Part shown: positions 9,399-20,822 of the stretch, piece by piece | How positions within the stretch are numbered: the first letter of the stretch is position 1 | Layout: each line of letters opens with the position of its first letter | From: an uncultured Pelagibacteraceae bacterium | Lineage (GTDB): Bacteria; Pseudomonadota; Alphaproteobacteria; Pelagibacterales; Pelagibacteraceae | DNA: 64,000 nt | Assembly (NCBI GenBank): GCA_902560625.1 | Contig: CACEMD010000004.1 | Span: 22,351 to 86,350 of the forward strand | Direction: 5' to 3' | The notes under the pieces: model-generated | Database searches by the model: none | The model's input: the letters and a program-made list of their open reading frames with translations, nothing else | What the model was told of the DNA's origin: nothing | Translations under genes and position numbers: made by a program

Positions 9399-12275
9399 TT
9401 ATGCAATTTTTTTAATTTTTGAGTCTAACAGATTTTTCAAATATTTTCCGGTATAACTTTCTTTAACATTGCATATTTCCTCAGGTTTTCCTTCGGCAAT
9501 TATTTTTCCACCTTTCACACCACCCTCTGGCCCCATATCAATAATGTAATCTGCTGTTTTAATAACATCTAGGTTATGTTCTATAACAATAACAGTGTTT
9601 CCAGTAGCTACAAAAGTATGCAATATTTCCAGTAATTTTTTTATGTCATGCTGATGAAGTCCTGTAGTAGGTTCATCAAGTATATATACAGTTCTTCCGG
9701 TTGACCTTTTGGATAACTCTTTAGCTAATTTTATTCTCTGTGCCTCGCCACCTGAAAGCGTTGTAGCTTGTTGACCTATTTTTATATAGCCCAAACCTAC
9801 TTTTTTTAAAGTTAACAGTTTTGTTCGTATATTAGATATATTTTCGAAGTATTCACATCCCTCATCAACTGTCATATTTAAAACATCTGCTATACTTTTA
9901 TCTTTAAACTTAATCTCCAACGTTTCTCTATTATATCTGCTTCCTTTACATTCATCACAAGTAATGTAGACATCAGGCAAAAAGTGCATTTCATAAGTAA
10001 TAACACCATCTCCTTCACAGGCTTCACACCTTCCACCCCTTACATTAAAAGAGAATCTCCCTGGTTTGTAACCTCTACTTTTTGACTCAGGTAAATTTGT
10101 AAACCAATCTCTTATTGGACCAAATGCACCTGTATATGTTGCAGGGTTTGATCTTGGCGTTCGACCTATTGGCGATTGGTCAATATCGATAACCTTATCG
10201 ATTAACTCTATACCCTTAAAACCTTTAAAGGGTTTTGGTATTTTTCTAGATTTATTATTATTTAAAGTAAGATTTAAAGCATTATACAAAGTTTGAAGGA
10301 TTAGTGTTGATTTTCCACTGCCTGAAACACCAGTTACGCAAGAAAAACTACCCAATGGAATTTTTAAATTTACATTATTGAGATTATTGCCCGTAGCACC
10401 TTGTATTTCTAAAAACCGTCCATTCTTTGCTAGCCTTCTTTTTTTTGGAATTGGTATAAAACTTTTATTGGATAAATATCTTCCTGTTATACTTTCATTG
10501 CATTTTAATATTTCACTATAGGTACCTTGCGCAACTATTTCGCCACCTTTATTACCCGCTTCTGGACCAAGATCAATTATATGATCTGCATTTTCCATAG
10601 TTTCTGTATCATGTTCAACAACAATTACTGTGTTCCCTAAGTCTCTTAATCTTTTTAAGGCGTTAATAAGTTTGACATTATCTTTTTGATGAAGACCAAT
10701 TGATGGTTCATCTAAAACATAAAGAACACCTGTTAATCCTGAGCCTATTTGTGATGCCAATCGAATTCTTTGAGCCTCACCACCAGAAAGTGTTCCTGAC
10801 TCTCTCGATAAAGTTAAATAATCCAAACCAACATTTAATAAAAAATCTAATCTTTCATTTATTTCTTTTAGTATGTGTTGAGCAATTTTTAGTCTTCTGC
10901 TATCTAAATTTTTTTGCAATGAATTAAACCAATCTTTTGCATCCAAAATAGATTTTTCTGTAACTTCACTAATATTCAAGTCATTAATTTTAACACACAA
11001 AGCTTCTTCCTTAAGTCTAAAACCATTACAACTCTCACATTTAGTATCTGATTGATATTGTGCTATTTCCTCTCTTTTCCAGTCACTATCGGTCTCTAAA
11101 TATCGCCTTTCAAGATTATTTATTACACCTTCAAAGGTTTTTTTATGTGAATATTTTTCATAACCATCATCATATGAAAATTTAATTTCATCATCATCTG
11201 AGCCAAATAAAATTATATCTTTAATTTTTTTTGGCAACCTAAACCATTTATCTTCTAAAGAAAAATTATAATGTTTTGCTAATGATGATAAAGTTTGTGC
11301 ATAGTACATTGTCGTTGATTTAGACCATGGCTCAATAGCACCATCAGCTATACTTTTTTTTTCATTTGGTATCACAAGCTTAGGATCTACATTTAATTTT
11401 ACTCCAATGCCTTCACACTCCGCACAAGCTCCATAAGGACTATTAAAAGAAAATAACCTGGGCTCAATTTCTTCAATTGTAAAACCACTTTCGGGGCATG
11501 CAAATTTTGTTGAAAATATTATTCTTTCAGTCTTTCTAAATTTCTTGGGCAAAGTTTCATTTTCATACTCAACAAAAACTAATCCATTAGCAAGATTAAC
11601 TGCCGTCTCAACACTTTCTGCAAGTCTATTTCCTAGCAATGAATTAATTATAATTCTATCTACCAATACATATATATCATGTTTAACCTTTTTATTTAAT
11701 TCAGGTATCTTGTCAATTTCGTAAAGCTCATTATCTACCTTTATTTTTCTAAAACCTCTTTTTTTAAAACTTAATATATCTTTTTTATATTCACCCTTTC
11801 GACCACGAACTACAGGTGCATATAAAAAAATTGTTGACTTTTTTGGTAATTCTTTAATTTTATCAACAATTTGACTTATAGTTTGAGAAGTAATTGGTTT
11901 ACCGGTGAATGGAGAGTATGGTGTTCCAGCTCTAGCATATAATACTCTCATATAATCATAAATTTCTGTGACAGTTGCAACTGTTGACCTTGGATTTTTT
12001 GATGTATTTTTTTGTTCAATGGATATAGCTGGACTCAATCCCTCTATTAAGTCAACATTTGGTTTTTTCATTTTATCTAAAAATTGTCTTGCATAAGCTG
12101 ATAGACTTTCTACATATCTTCTTTGACCCTCTGCATAAATTGTATCAAATGCTAAAGAAGATTTTCCAGAACCAGAAAGACCAGTAATTACAACAAATTC
12201 ATCTTTGGGAATTTCTAAAGATATATTCTTTAAATTGTGTTCTTTTGCGCCTTTAATAACTATCTTTTTGAGCAT
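9399..12275 (-). CDS. uvrA: Excinuclease ABC subunit A
   Basis: Two ABC ATPase domains ([24 protein letters not shown] twice), Zn fingers. Confidence 0.98.
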   Translation of the reverse strand: MLKKIVIKGAKEHNLKNISLEIPKDEFVVITGLSGSGKSSLAFDTIYAEGQRRYVESLSAYARQFLDKMKKPNVDLIEGLSPAISIEQKNTSKNPRSTVATVTEIYDYMRVLYARAGTPYSPFTGKPITSQTISQIVDKIKELPKKSTIFLYAPVVRGRKGEYKKDILSFKKRGFRKIKVDNELYEIDKIPELNKKVKHDIYVLVDRIIINSLLGNRLAESVETAVNLANGLVFVEYENETLPKKFRKTERIIFSTKFACPESGFTIEEIEPRLFSFNSPYGACAECEGIGVKLNVDPKLVIPNEKKSIADGAIEPWSKSTTMYYAQTLSSLAKHYNFSLEDKWFRLPKKIKDIILFGSDDDEIKFSYDDGYEKYSHKKTFEGVINNLERRYLETDSDWKREEIAQYQSDTKCESCNGFRLKEEALCVKINDLNISEVTEKSILDAKDWFNSLQKNLDSRRLKIAQHILKEINERLDFLLNVGLDYLTLSRESGTLSGGEAQRIRLASQIGSGLTGVLYVLDEPSIGLHQKDNVKLINALKRLRDLGNTVIVVEHDTETMENADHIIDLGPEAGNKGGEIVAQGTYSEILKCNESITGRYLSNKSFIPIPKKRRLAKNGRFLEIQGATGNNLNNVNLKIPLGSFSCVTGVSGSGKSTLILQTLYNALNLTLNNNKSRKIPKPFKGFKGIELIDKVIDIDQSPIGRTPRSNPATYTGAFGPIRDWFTNLPESKSRGYKPGRFSFNVRGGRCEACEGDGVITYEMHFLPDVYITCDECKGSRYNRETLEIKFKDKSIADVLNMTVDEGCEYFENISNIRTKLLTLKKVGLGYIKIGQQATTLSGGEAQRIKLAKELSKRSTGRTVYILDEPTTGLHQHDIKKLLEILHTFVATGNTVIVIEHNLDVIKTADYIIDMGPEGGVKGGKIIAEGKPEEICNVKESYTGKYLKNLLDSKIKKIA

Positions 12276-12365
12276 AATTTTTGTTGCTTTAAATTAATAA
12301 AATTAATATTCAAGTTAAATTGTGTTATAGTTAATTTAAATCTATTCATTATATTTTAAAATATT

Positions 12366-12815
12366 ATGGCAGGAAGCTTAAATAAAGTATTATTAATTGG
12401 TCGATTGGGCGCAGACCCTGAAATTAAACAAATGGTTAACGGCAAAAGTGTCGCCAGATTGAGTTTAGCTACTAGCCAATCCTGGAAAGATAAAAATACA
12501 GGCGAAAAAAAGGAAAAAACTGAATGGCATAGAATAGTAGTTTTTAATGAAGGACTAGTTAATGTAGTTCAACAATATTTAAAAAAAGGTGCTCAAGTAT
12601 ATGTTGAGGGTCAATTATCTACTAGAAAATGGAAAGACGAAAAAAGTGGACAAGATAAATATTCTACAGAAATCTTAATACAGGGATACAACTCTTCTTT
12701 AACTATGCTTGGTGGAGGCAATCAAAATTCTACATCTTCACAAGTTAATAAAAATAACAATGATGAAGGTTCACAAATTGAGCATAGTGATCTCGATGAC
12801 GATATTCCATTTTAA
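12366..12815 (+). CDS. ssb: Single-stranded DNA-binding protein
   Basis: [12 protein letters not shown] fold, C-terminal DDDIPF. Confidence 0.98.
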   Translation: MAGSLNKVLLIGRLGADPEIKQMVNGKSVARLSLATSQSWKDKNTGEKKEKTEWHRIVVFNEGLVNVVQQYLKKGAQVYVEGQLSTRKWKDEKSGQDKYSTEILIQGYNSSLTMLGGGNQNSTSSQVNKNNNDEGSQIEHSDLDDDIPF

Positions 12816-12820
12816 GTAAC

Positions 12821-15400
12821 ATGTTAAAATCTGAAATTTCAAAAGAAGCAAATATAAAACCAATTTCTATGTATGATGAGATGAGTTCATCTTACTTATC
12901 TTATGCTATGAGTGTAATTGTAAGTAGAGCTTTGCCAGACGTAAGAGATGGTCTTAAGCCAGTTCATAGAAGAATTTTATACGCAATGTATAAAGGAGGT
13001 TTTGATTGGTCCAAACAGTTTAGAAAATCTGCAAGAGTAGTAGGGGATGTTATTGGTAAGTATCATCCACACGGTGATCAAGCAGTATATGACGCTTTAG
13101 TAAGAATGGTGCAAGATTTTTCAATGAGTTTACCATTAATAGATGGTCAAGGTAATTTTGGTTCTATTGATGGTGATCCTCCAGCTGCAATGAGATATAC
13201 TGAGACAAGATTAGCAAAAATCTCTCAGTATTTAATTGATGATATAGAAAAAAATACAGTTTCTTTTAAAAGCAATTATGATGAAACAGAAAATGAACCA
13301 GAAGTATTACCTTCACAATATCCTAATCTACTAGTGAATGGTGCAGGTGGAATAGCTGTTGGTATGGCTACAAGTATACCTCCTCACAATTTGGGCGAGG
13401 TTATAAATGGAACACTTGCTCTAATTAATAATAAGGATATTAAAATAAATGAATTAATGAAATACATACCAGGTCCTGATTTTCCTACTGGAGGTATAAT
13501 TATAGGAAAAGAAATAATAAAACAAGGATACAAGTCAGGCAGGGGCTCCTTTAAGATTAGAGGTGAAGTAGCAGTTGAAAATTTAAAAAATGGTAAAGAT
13601 CGTCTCGTTATAACATCAATTCCATATCAAATAAATAAATCCAATTTAAATGAGAGAATTGCTGAGCTTGTTCGTGATAAAAAAATAGAGGGAATAAGTG
13701 ATATTAGAGATGAGTCAAATAGAGAGGGTATAAGAGTTGCAATAGATTTAAGAAGAAACGTTGAACCAGAAACTGTTAAAAGACAACTTTTTAAATATAC
13801 TTCAATAGAAAGTTCATTTGGATTTAATACATTAGCAATTGTAGATAAAAAACCTAAAACTTGTAATTTGAAAGAATTCCTTGAAAGTTTTTTAAAATTT
13901 AGAGAGGATGTTGTAATTAAAAAAACTAAATATGATTTAAACAAATGTGAAGAAAGAGCACACATTCTTCTCGGACTTTCAATAAGTGTTGAAAATTTAG
14001 ATAAAATAATTAAAATTATAAGATCTTCAAAAAATCCAGATGATGCAAAAAAAATATTACTTAATAATAAATGGAAATTTACTAAATCTGCAAAATTGAT
14101 AAACCTTATAGAAAATAAATATAATCAAAAATTATATTCTTTCTCTGAGGCGCAAGTAAACTCAATTTTGGATTTAAAACTTCAAAAGTTAACAGCTTTA
14201 GGAATAAGCGATATAGAAAGTGAAATTAAAAAATTATCTGAAATGATAAATCAATTTAAAAAAATAATTAATTCGAAAAAGGAACTTTTGAAAGTAATTA
14301 GTAATGAATTAAACTTTATTAAAGAAAAATTTTCTGTTCCTAGAAGAACTAAGATTATAGATGCTGTTTTAAATTATGATATTGAAGAGACTATCCAAAA
14401 AGAAGCAGTTATAATTACAGTTACTCTTCAAGGTTATATAAAGAGGGGCGCATTAAGTGGCGTAAAACAACAAAAACGTGGTGGCAAAGGTAAAACCGGT
14501 ATTAAAACAAGAGATGAAGATTCAGTAGTTCAGACTTTATCTGTTGATACCCACACATCTGTCCTTTTTTTTTCAACTGAAGGTTTGGTTTATAAAGTAA
14601 AAGCATGGAAAATTCCTGAAGGAACACTTTCATCAAAAGGTAAGTCATTATTTAACATCTTACCTTTAAAAAATCATCAATCTATAAGTTCAATTATGCC
14701 TTTTCCCGATAATGAAACTAATCTTAAAAATACAAGTATTATTTTTGCAACTAGCAAAGGCAAGATTAGAAAAAATAGTTTAGATGATTTTACTTCAATC
14801 AATGTATCAGGAAAAATAGCCATGAAACTTGATAATGATGACAAAATAATTGGTGTTAAAATATGTAGAGAGGACCAAGATATAATTTTAAGTACAAAAT
14901 TAGGTAAATGTATAAGATTTGAGTCCAAAAAATTAAGAGTTTTTAAAGGCAGGTCTTCAAAAGGGATTAGAGGAATATCGTTAAGCGATAAAGATACAAT
15001 TATGTCATTATCAATAATTGACCACAATCAAAACAAAAAAAATGGTAAAATAACCAAAGATGATAAAATAGAAACTAAAGCGAAAGAAAAATATATATTA
15101 TCCATAACGGAAAATGGTTATGGAAAAAGAACAAGTCATAATGATTATAGAGTAACCAATAGAGGTGGCAAGGGTATTATTGGAATTGTAAATTCCTCTA
15201 GAAATGGCAATGTTGCTTCATCTTTTCCAGTTTTTGAAGGAGATGAAATTTTAATCTCAACTAACAAAGGTAGAGTAATCAGAACTTCAGTTAAAGAGAT
15301 TAGAATTGCTGGTAGGAATACACAAGGTGTTAGAATAATTAAATTAACAGGTGATGAAAGAGTTGTTTCTGCTATCAAGATAGATGATAATTTGATATAA
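12821..15400 (+). CDS. gyrA: DNA gyrase subunit A
   Basis: YHPHGD, AAMRYTE, GyrA-box QKRGGKG. Confidence 0.97.
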   Translation: MLKSEISKEANIKPISMYDEMSSSYLSYAMSVIVSRALPDVRDGLKPVHRRILYAMYKGGFDWSKQFRKSARVVGDVIGKYHPHGDQAVYDALVRMVQDFSMSLPLIDGQGNFGSIDGDPPAAMRYTETRLAKISQYLIDDIEKNTVSFKSNYDETENEPEVLPSQYPNLLVNGAGGIAVGMATSIPPHNLGEVINGTLALINNKDIKINELMKYIPGPDFPTGGIIIGKEIIKQGYKSGRGSFKIRGEVAVENLKNGKDRLVITSIPYQINKSNLNERIAELVRDKKIEGISDIRDESNREGIRVAIDLRRNVEPETVKRQLFKYTSIESSFGFNTLAIVDKKPKTCNLKEFLESFLKFREDVVIKKTKYDLNKCEERAHILLGLSISVENLDKIIKIIRSSKNPDDAKKILLNNKWKFTKSAKLINLIENKYNQKLYSFSEAQVNSILDLKLQKLTALGISDIESEIKKLSEMINQFKKIINSKKELLKVISNELNFIKEKFSVPRRTKIIDAVLNYDIEETIQKEAVIITVTLQGYIKRGALSGVKQQKRGGKGKTGIKTRDEDSVVQTLSVDTHTSVLFFSTEGLVYKVKAWKIPEGTLSSKGKSLFNILPLKNHQSISSIMPFPDNETNLKNTSIIFATSKGKIRKNSLDDFTSINVSGKIAMKLDNDDKIIGVKICREDQDIILSTKLGKCIRFESKKLRVFKGRSSKGIRGISLSDKDTIMSLSIIDHNQNKKNGKITKDDKIETKAKEKYILSITENGYGKRTSHNDYRVTNRGGKGIIGIVNSSRNGNVASSFPVFEGDEILISTNKGRVIRTSVKEIRIAGRNTQGVRIIKLTGDERVVSAIKIDDNLI

Positions 15401-15903
15401 TGAAAAAGATAGCAATATATCCTGGAACCTTTGACCCAATAACATATGGACATATTGACGTTATTAAAAAGTCTCTTAAAATTGTTGACAGTATAATAGT
15501 GGCAGTTTCTGAAGTTGGACAAAAAAATTATCTTTTTTCAATTAATGATAGAATTCAAATTGTCGAAAAAGCGCTCTATTCAGATTTAAAGTTTAAAAAA
15601 AACCAAATTAAAGTAATTAAATTTCAATCTTTGACAACATCACTTTGTAAAAAATATAGATCAAATATTATTTTGAGAGGTTTAAGAGCAGTTTCCGACT
15701 TTGAGTATGAATTTCAGTTAGCAGGAATGAATAGAAAATTGAATAATAAAATTGAAACAATTTTTTTGATGTCTGATGTCGATAATCAAATTATTTCGTC
15801 AAGGTTTGTTAAAGAAATAGCTCAATTAGGTGGTAATCTTAATAAATTTACTACTAAAAATACTATTAAAGCTTTAAAAAAAAAATATGAAAATTCTATT
15901 TAA
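15400..15903 (+). CDS. coaD: Pantetheine-phosphate adenylyltransferase
   Basis: YPGTFDPITYGH, RGLR, DFEYE. Confidence 0.96.
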   Translation: MKKIAIYPGTFDPITYGHIDVIKKSLKIVDSIIVAVSEVGQKNYLFSINDRIQIVEKALYSDLKFKKNQIKVIKFQSLTTSLCKKYRSNIILRGLRAVSDFEYEFQLAGMNRKLNNKIETIFLMSDVDNQIISSRFVKEIAQLGGNLNKFTTKNTIKALKKKYENSI

Positions 15904-16447
15904 ATTATTTATCATTTTTTTTTTTATTTTTACAAATAATACTAACTCAAAGGAGAATATAATGATTTTAAAACTTAAAGATGGTGAAGTTAAAATTGAG
16001 CTTTACCAAAATGAAGCACCTAAGCACGTAGAAAGAATTAAAAAACTAGCCGATGAAGGAAATTATGATGATGTAGTATTTCATCGAGTTATAGATGGAT
16101 TTATGGCACAAACAGGTGATGTTAAATTTGGCGATTCTTCAAGTAAAGACTTTGATCTAAGGAGAGCAGGAATGGGTGGATCAAATTTTCCAGATTTAAA
16201 AGCTGAATTTAATGAATTACCTCACCTTAGAGGTACATTGTCAATGGCTAGATCGGCAGACCCTAATAGTGCTAATAGTCAATTCTTTATATGTTTCGAG
16301 CCTGCACCATTTCTCGATAGACAATATACTGTATTTGGAAAAGTTATTGAAGGAATGGAATATGTTGATAAAATTAAAAGAGGAGATTCAAATAACAACG
16401 GTGCAGTAACAGATCCTGATAAAATTATTAGTTTTAGATCTAAATAA
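15887..16447 (+). CDS. Cyclophilin-type peptidyl-prolyl isomerase
   Basis: FHRVIDGFMAQTGD, SMARS, SQFFI, YTVFGKV; N-terminal signal-like segment. Confidence 0.93.
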   Translation: MKILFKLFIIFFFIFTNNTNSKENIMILKLKDGEVKIELYQNEAPKHVERIKKLADEGNYDDVVFHRVIDGFMAQTGDVKFGDSSSKDFDLRRAGMGGSNFPDLKAEFNELPHLRGTLSMARSADPNSANSQFFICFEPAPFLDRQYTVFGKVIEGMEYVDKIKRGDSNNNGAVTDPDKIISFRSK

Positions 16448-16456
16448 AAGCATGCA

Positions 16457-17569
16457 ATGGCATTAAAAAAATTTAGTTTTAATGTTTTAAAAAAAGATAA
16501 TTACGCAAGGTTAGGAAAAATAAATACTCATAAAGGAATTGTAGATACACCTGCATTTATGCCTGTAGGTACTCAAGCTACTGTTAAAGGTTCTTTTTTA
16601 CGTGACATTGAGGAAACTGGCAGCCAAATTATTCTTTGTAACACTTATCATCTAATGGTTAGACCTGGAGTTTATCGTATAAAGAAGGCGGGTGGTTTAC
16701 ATAAATTCATGAACAGCAAATTACCAATACTAACTGACTCTGGTGGATTTCAAATTATGTCATTGTCAAAATTGAATAAAATTGATCGAAAAAAAGGTGC
16801 TATTTTTAATTCTCATATTGATGGTAAAAAATTTATATTAAGTCCAGAGGAAAGTATTAAAATTCAAAAAAAATTAGATTCTGATATAATTATGGTTTTG
16901 GATGAGTGCCCAAAAAAAACTTTAGATTATAATTTGATTTATAATTCTGTTAACCTATCAACTTACTGGGCTGAAAGATCAAAAAAAGCTTTTGGAAAAA
17001 ATAAACATAAGGGTTTGTTTGGAATTGTTCAAGGTGGGTTATTTAACGATCTAAGATTAAAATCTTTAGAAGAATTAAAAAAAATTGGTTTCGATGGATA
17101 TGCAGTAGGAGGACTGGCCGTTGGTGAAAGTCAAAATGAAATGTTTAAAGTTTTAGATGGATTGAAGGATCATTTGCCCATAAAAAAACCTAGATACTTA
17201 ATGGGTGTTGGCACACCTTCAGACATTTTGGGAGCAGTTAAAAGAGGTATTGACATGTTTGATTGCGTAATGCCAACTAGATCAGGTCGAACAGGATTAG
17301 CTTTTACATGGAATGGTAGAGTAAATATTAGAAATGCAAAATATAAAAACGATAATAAACCACTTGATAATTCTGTCGAGAAATTTGATTTAAAAAAATA
17401 TTCAAAAAACTATTTAAATCATTTGTTCAATACTAATGAAATGTTAGGATCAATGCTTTTGACACTAAATAACATAAACTTTTATCAAGAACTAATGTAT
17501 GAAATTAGAAGAAATATAAAAAAGGGTTCTTTTCTCAAATTTTACAAAAAATATGCAAATAAGTTATAA
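16457..17569 (+). CDS. tgt: tRNA-guanine transglycosylase
   Basis: FMPVGT, TDSGGFQ, GIVQGG, GGLAVGE, DMFDCV; Zn ligands absent (see findings). Confidence 0.95.
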   Translation: MALKKFSFNVLKKDNYARLGKINTHKGIVDTPAFMPVGTQATVKGSFLRDIEETGSQIILCNTYHLMVRPGVYRIKKAGGLHKFMNSKLPILTDSGGFQIMSLSKLNKIDRKKGAIFNSHIDGKKFILSPEESIKIQKKLDSDIIMVLDECPKKTLDYNLIYNSVNLSTYWAERSKKAFGKNKHKGLFGIVQGGLFNDLRLKSLEELKKIGFDGYAVGGLAVGESQNEMFKVLDGLKDHLPIKKPRYLMGVGTPSDILGAVKRGIDMFDCVMPTRSGRTGLAFTWNGRVNIRNAKYKNDNKPLDNSVEKFDLKKYSKNYLNHLFNTNEMLGSMLLTLNNINFYQELMYEIRRNIKKGSFLKFYKKYANKL

Positions 17570-17578
17570 ATTTTCACA

Positions 17579-17606
17579 TTGATAATAGAAAAAAAATCAC
17601 TATAAC
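17579..17606 (+). promoter_or_regulatory. Putative sigma70 promoter of tRNA-Lys
   Basis: TTGATA-16 bp-TATAAC, 13 bp upstream of the tRNA. Confidence 0.35.
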
Positions 17607-17619
17607 AATTTAGCATTGT

Positions 17620-17695
<76 letters not shown>

Positions 17696-17759
17696 ATAAA
17701 TTTCCATTTAATGGCAGTAATTAACCATTCTTTTAACTATTAATTATTATTCAGAAAAA

Positions 17760-17783
17760 GTGTACGGTGAGTGTAGAGTTTTA
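17760..17783 (+). repeat. Putative integrase arm-type tandem site (left)
   Basis: GTGTACGGTGAGTGTAGAGTTTTA, 22/24 identical to 19169-19192. Confidence 0.65.
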
Positions 17784-17927
17784 CTTTTCAAAAATATGTG
17801 GTATAAGTGATTAAGATATTTGATTTTACTTGTTTAGACAATGATAGTATCTACACATCATAAACAATAATCATATATCCATAAACTAACCGTCGAAGCA
17901 GATGCTTTGATTAACTATGGAGATATA

Positions 17928-18758
17928 ATGATATACTTAAATAGAGATAGACAAACCAAAGAGCTTAAAGCTACAAGCGGTTTTAAGTCTACCGTTCCAA
18001 ACCAAAAGTGGAGAATCTACGAACTTAATGACAAGATTAAACCATTCAGATTAAGTAGAAGTAAATTTTCTGATTACTTAACTTGCAAAAGATGTTTTTA
18101 TTTAGATCAAGTGAAAGGTCTTAAAAATTTAGATACACTTCCTTTTACACTTAATAATGCAGTGGATGCTTTGGTTAAAAAGGAATTTGACTTCCACAGA
18201 AAAAAACAAACACCCCATCCATTAATGAAAAAATATAAAATAAATGCAGTTCCTTTTAAACACAAAGATATTGAAAAATGGCAAGATGCATTGAGTAGAG
18301 GTGTCGACTATATTAACGTTGATTTAAATCTTAAATTGGCTGGTGGTATAGATGATGTTTGGATTAATAAAGATACAAAAAAATTAATTATTGCAGATTA
18401 TAAAGCACAATCTAAATCATCTGAAAAAAAGATTGATGGATATTTGGAAGATGTTTATCACGAAGGCTATAAACTCCAGTTAGATTTTTATAGATATCTG
18501 TTTGAAAAAAATGGTTTTGAAGTACAAACAACAGGATATTTTGTTGTTTATAATGCTACATTGGAAAGAGATAACTTTAAAAACAAACTTGAGTTTACTT
18601 CAGACCTTGTGCCTTATGAAACAGATTCATCTCATATAGAAGAAAAAATAATTGAAATGAAAAAGTTAATGGATGGAAAAAAAATCCCACCATCGACACC
18701 TCATTGTCAAAATTGCAATTACATTATTGCTGGAGGCAAGTTGATCAATGAAAAATAA
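17928..18758 (+). CDS. PD-(D/E)XK (RecB/Cas4-like) nuclease
   Basis: LSRSKF..CKRCFY N-terminus, GGIDD, ADYK, QLDFY and C-terminal CQNC; GGAG RBS before ATG 17928. Confidence 0.85.
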   Translation: MIYLNRDRQTKELKATSGFKSTVPNQKWRIYELNDKIKPFRLSRSKFSDYLTCKRCFYLDQVKGLKNLDTLPFTLNNAVDALVKKEFDFHRKKQTPHPLMKKYKINAVPFKHKDIEKWQDALSRGVDYINVDLNLKLAGGIDDVWINKDTKKLIIADYKAQSKSSEKKIDGYLEDVYHEGYKLQLDFYRYLFEKNGFEVQTTGYFVVYNATLERDNFKNKLEFTSDLVPYETDSSHIEEKIIEMKKLMDGKKIPPSTPHCQNCNYIIAGGKLINEK

Positions 18759-19026
18759 ATATGAAGAAATCATTAAAGAAAGACTTGATAATAGAAGAGA
18801 GTGGGCAATATTTTATAGATGGCTATTAACTCACAGAGAGCTACATCAAAAAGCTAAAAGAGCCTACTATAAAGAGAGACCACTTCAAAATCTTATTGTT
18901 AAATTGTATTTTTTACCTTTAAATTTTATCAGATTCTTTTCTCATCTTTTTGATAGATGTAGATATGATATGATCGAAAAGGAAATTGAAGTGCTAAACG
19001 ATGAATTGGACGATAAAAATAACTAG
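18748..19026 (+). CDS. Hypothetical protein (92 aa)
   Basis: ATG ORF overlapping nuclease stop by 11 nt; no recognisable motif. Confidence 0.65.
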   Translation: MKNKYEEIIKERLDNRREWAIFYRWLLTHRELHQKAKRAYYKERPLQNLIVKLYFLPLNFIRFFSHLFDRCRYDMIEKEIEVLNDELDDKNN

Positions 19027-19084
19027 GGTGGGGTGATGAGGAATTACTCATCAAGCAATTCCTTCAGCACGGACTTACACAACA

Positions 19085-19192
19085 AAAAACTGTACACTTT
19101 CTAAACACTTGAAAAAAAGTCTGAAAATCCAAAAACTAAACACTTTTTTTAAACCTTAAAAAATTAAGGTGTACAGTGAGTGTACAGTTTTA
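19085..19192. repeat. Putative integrase arm-type sites (right)
   Basis: GTGTACAGTGAGTGTACAGTTTTA at 19169-19192; inverted AGTGTACAGTTTTT at 19085-19098; degenerate inverted GTGTTTAG copies at ~19101-19108 and ~19136-19143. Confidence 0.6.
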
Positions 19193-19294
19193 TATTTGAA
19201 ATTTTACGCATTTATTCAATTCTAAACCCTCCATACGAACGTTAAATGAAGTTTTTTTTGTTTTAAACTGGAAATTATGCTGTCGTGTAACTTT

Positions 19295-19339
19295 CTTTTA
19301 AGGAATGGGTCGTTGGTTCGAGTCCAACAGGGCTCACCA
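19295..19339 (+). repeat. attR core: duplicated 3' half of tRNA-Lys
   Basis: Identity starts at the anticodon loop; tRNA 5' half absent. Confidence 0.95.
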
Positions 19340-19351
19340 TATTTAACAAAT

Positions 19352-20173
19352 CTAAACAATTGGTGGATATTTTAAAATAATCTCATTTGTCCATTTAGTT
19401 ATGTTTTTGATTCTTTGGGTTGATGATGGGTGAGTACTCATAAATAAAGGTGGTTCATTACCTTTCTTAGCATCTCTCATTCTTTCCCAAAGACTTATAG
19501 TTTCTCTGATATCATAACCAGATAATGAGGAAAAAATTAAACCTAAATAGTCAGCTTCACTTTCTTGTTTTCTGTTGAAAGGATTCATTATACCAATTTG
19601 CGATAATAAACCTACTGCATTCATACCTGTCGTTCTATTTACTTTTGATAACTTACCACCAGTAGCAATATCTAAAATTTGAGTTCCTACATTTAACAAA
19701 GTTCCTCTACTAGCTCTCTCAACTGAATGTTTAGCTACAGCGTGGGCAATTTCATGACCCATAACTGCAGCTAATCCATTTGTATTTTTGGTTATTTCTA
19801 ACATTCCTGTATAAACTGCTATTTTACCACCTGGCATACACCATGCATTTTTAACTTTCGGATTATCTATTAATATATACTCCCACTCAAAGTTTGCTGT
19901 AGGATCTAAAATATTTTCTCTGTCAAAATATGAGCTTATTGAATTTTCAATCTTTTGACCTATTTCAATTATTTCTTTTAGTTTAGATATATCCTTACTT
20001 AATTTTGCTTTTTTTTTAACCTCTTCATATACTTTCGCTGCTTGTGCATTAAGTTTAGCCTCAGGTATTAACGTTAATTGCTTTCTGTCTGTTATTGGCG
20101 CAGTTGAACAAGACATAAAACCCGCAGAAACACATCCACAGCCAATCAAATTTATGAAATTTCTTCTATTCAC
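19352..20173 (-). CDS. M48 family metallopeptidase (probable lipoprotein)
   Basis: NAWCMPGG, HEIAH, ESEAD, STHP motifs; N-terminal RRNF and lipobox-like Cys. Confidence 0.9.
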   Translation of the reverse strand: MNRRNFINLIGCGCVSAGFMSCSTAPITDRKQLTLIPEAKLNAQAAKVYEEVKKKAKLSKDISKLKEIIEIGQKIENSISSYFDRENILDPTANFEWEYILIDNPKVKNAWCMPGGKIAVYTGMLEITKNTNGLAAVMGHEIAHAVAKHSVERASRGTLLNVGTQILDIATGGKLSKVNRTTGMNAVGLLSQIGIMNPFNRKQESEADYLGLIFSSLSGYDIRETISLWERMRDAKKGNEPPLFMSTHPSSTQRIKNITKWTNEIILKYPPIV

Positions 20174-20204
20174 TTTTCTATTTATTTATAATATTAAACT
20201 TATC

Positions 20205-20819
20205 ATGGCTAGGGTAAAAAAAACCACATCTTTAATAAGCAGATTAAGAAACTATTTTATTACAGGTATCGTTGTTTTAGTACCAATAGGTATAACACTA
20301 TATTTAACAAAATTTTTTATCTCAATTTCATCTAGAATTGTTCCAAAAGAGATAAATCCTAACAGTTATTTACCAATAGCCGTTCCAGGATTAGAAATAC
20401 TTTTATCAGTAATATTTATTACACTAATAGGAAGTTTATCTTTATCATTTATAGGAAAAAAAATTTTACAATTATTTAATGATCTTCTTAAAAGAATACC
20501 AATTTTAAGAACTATTTACTCTGCAATAGGACAAATGACAGAAACACTTGCACCAAAAAAAGGTTCAAAAAAAAGTGTTGTATTAGTTGAATATCCTAGA
20601 AAAGGAAGTTGGGCAGTTGGTTTTGCAACTAAGGATAATAAAGGTGAAATTTCAAAAAAAACTAATACAAATTTAGTGAATGTATTTGTTCCAACTACAC
20701 CCAATCCAACAAGTGGTTTTTTATTAATGTTTCCTAAAAATGATATAATCTACCTAGATATGACTTTTGAGGAAGCATCTAAATTTATTGTATCTGCAGG
20801 TACATCTAAAACTAAATAA
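20205..20819 (+). CDS. DUF502 membrane protein
   Basis: VLVEYPRKG, VFVPTTPNPTSGF; start moved to ATG 20205 to avoid overlap. Confidence 0.88.
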   Translation: MARVKKTTSLISRLRNYFITGIVVLVPIGITLYLTKFFISISSRIVPKEINPNSYLPIAVPGLEILLSVIFITLIGSLSLSFIGKKILQLFNDLLKRIPILRTIYSAIGQMTETLAPKKGSKKSVVLVEYPRKGSWAVGFATKDNKGEISKKTNTNLVNVFVPTTPNPTSGFLLMFPKNDIIYLDMTFEEASKFIVSAGTSKTK

Positions 20820-20822
20820 ACT

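Noticed and set aside
12276-12365. LexA box between uvrA and ssb
   Set aside because: No GTTC-N7-GTTC or GAAC-N7-GAAC repeat visible
19036-19104. 22-aa ORF (MRNYSSSNSF...) after the islet cargo
   Set aside because: Too short, overlaps a hairpin and the arm repeats; no supporting evidence
17700-19290. CRISPR-Cas locus suggested by the Cas4-like nuclease
   Set aside because: No cas1/cas2 and no repeat-spacer array seen; repeats are short and confined to the element ends
19261-19339. Second tRNA-Lys gene
   Set aside because: Only the 3' 45 nt are present; the 5' acceptor strand and D-arm are missing, so it is an att duplication
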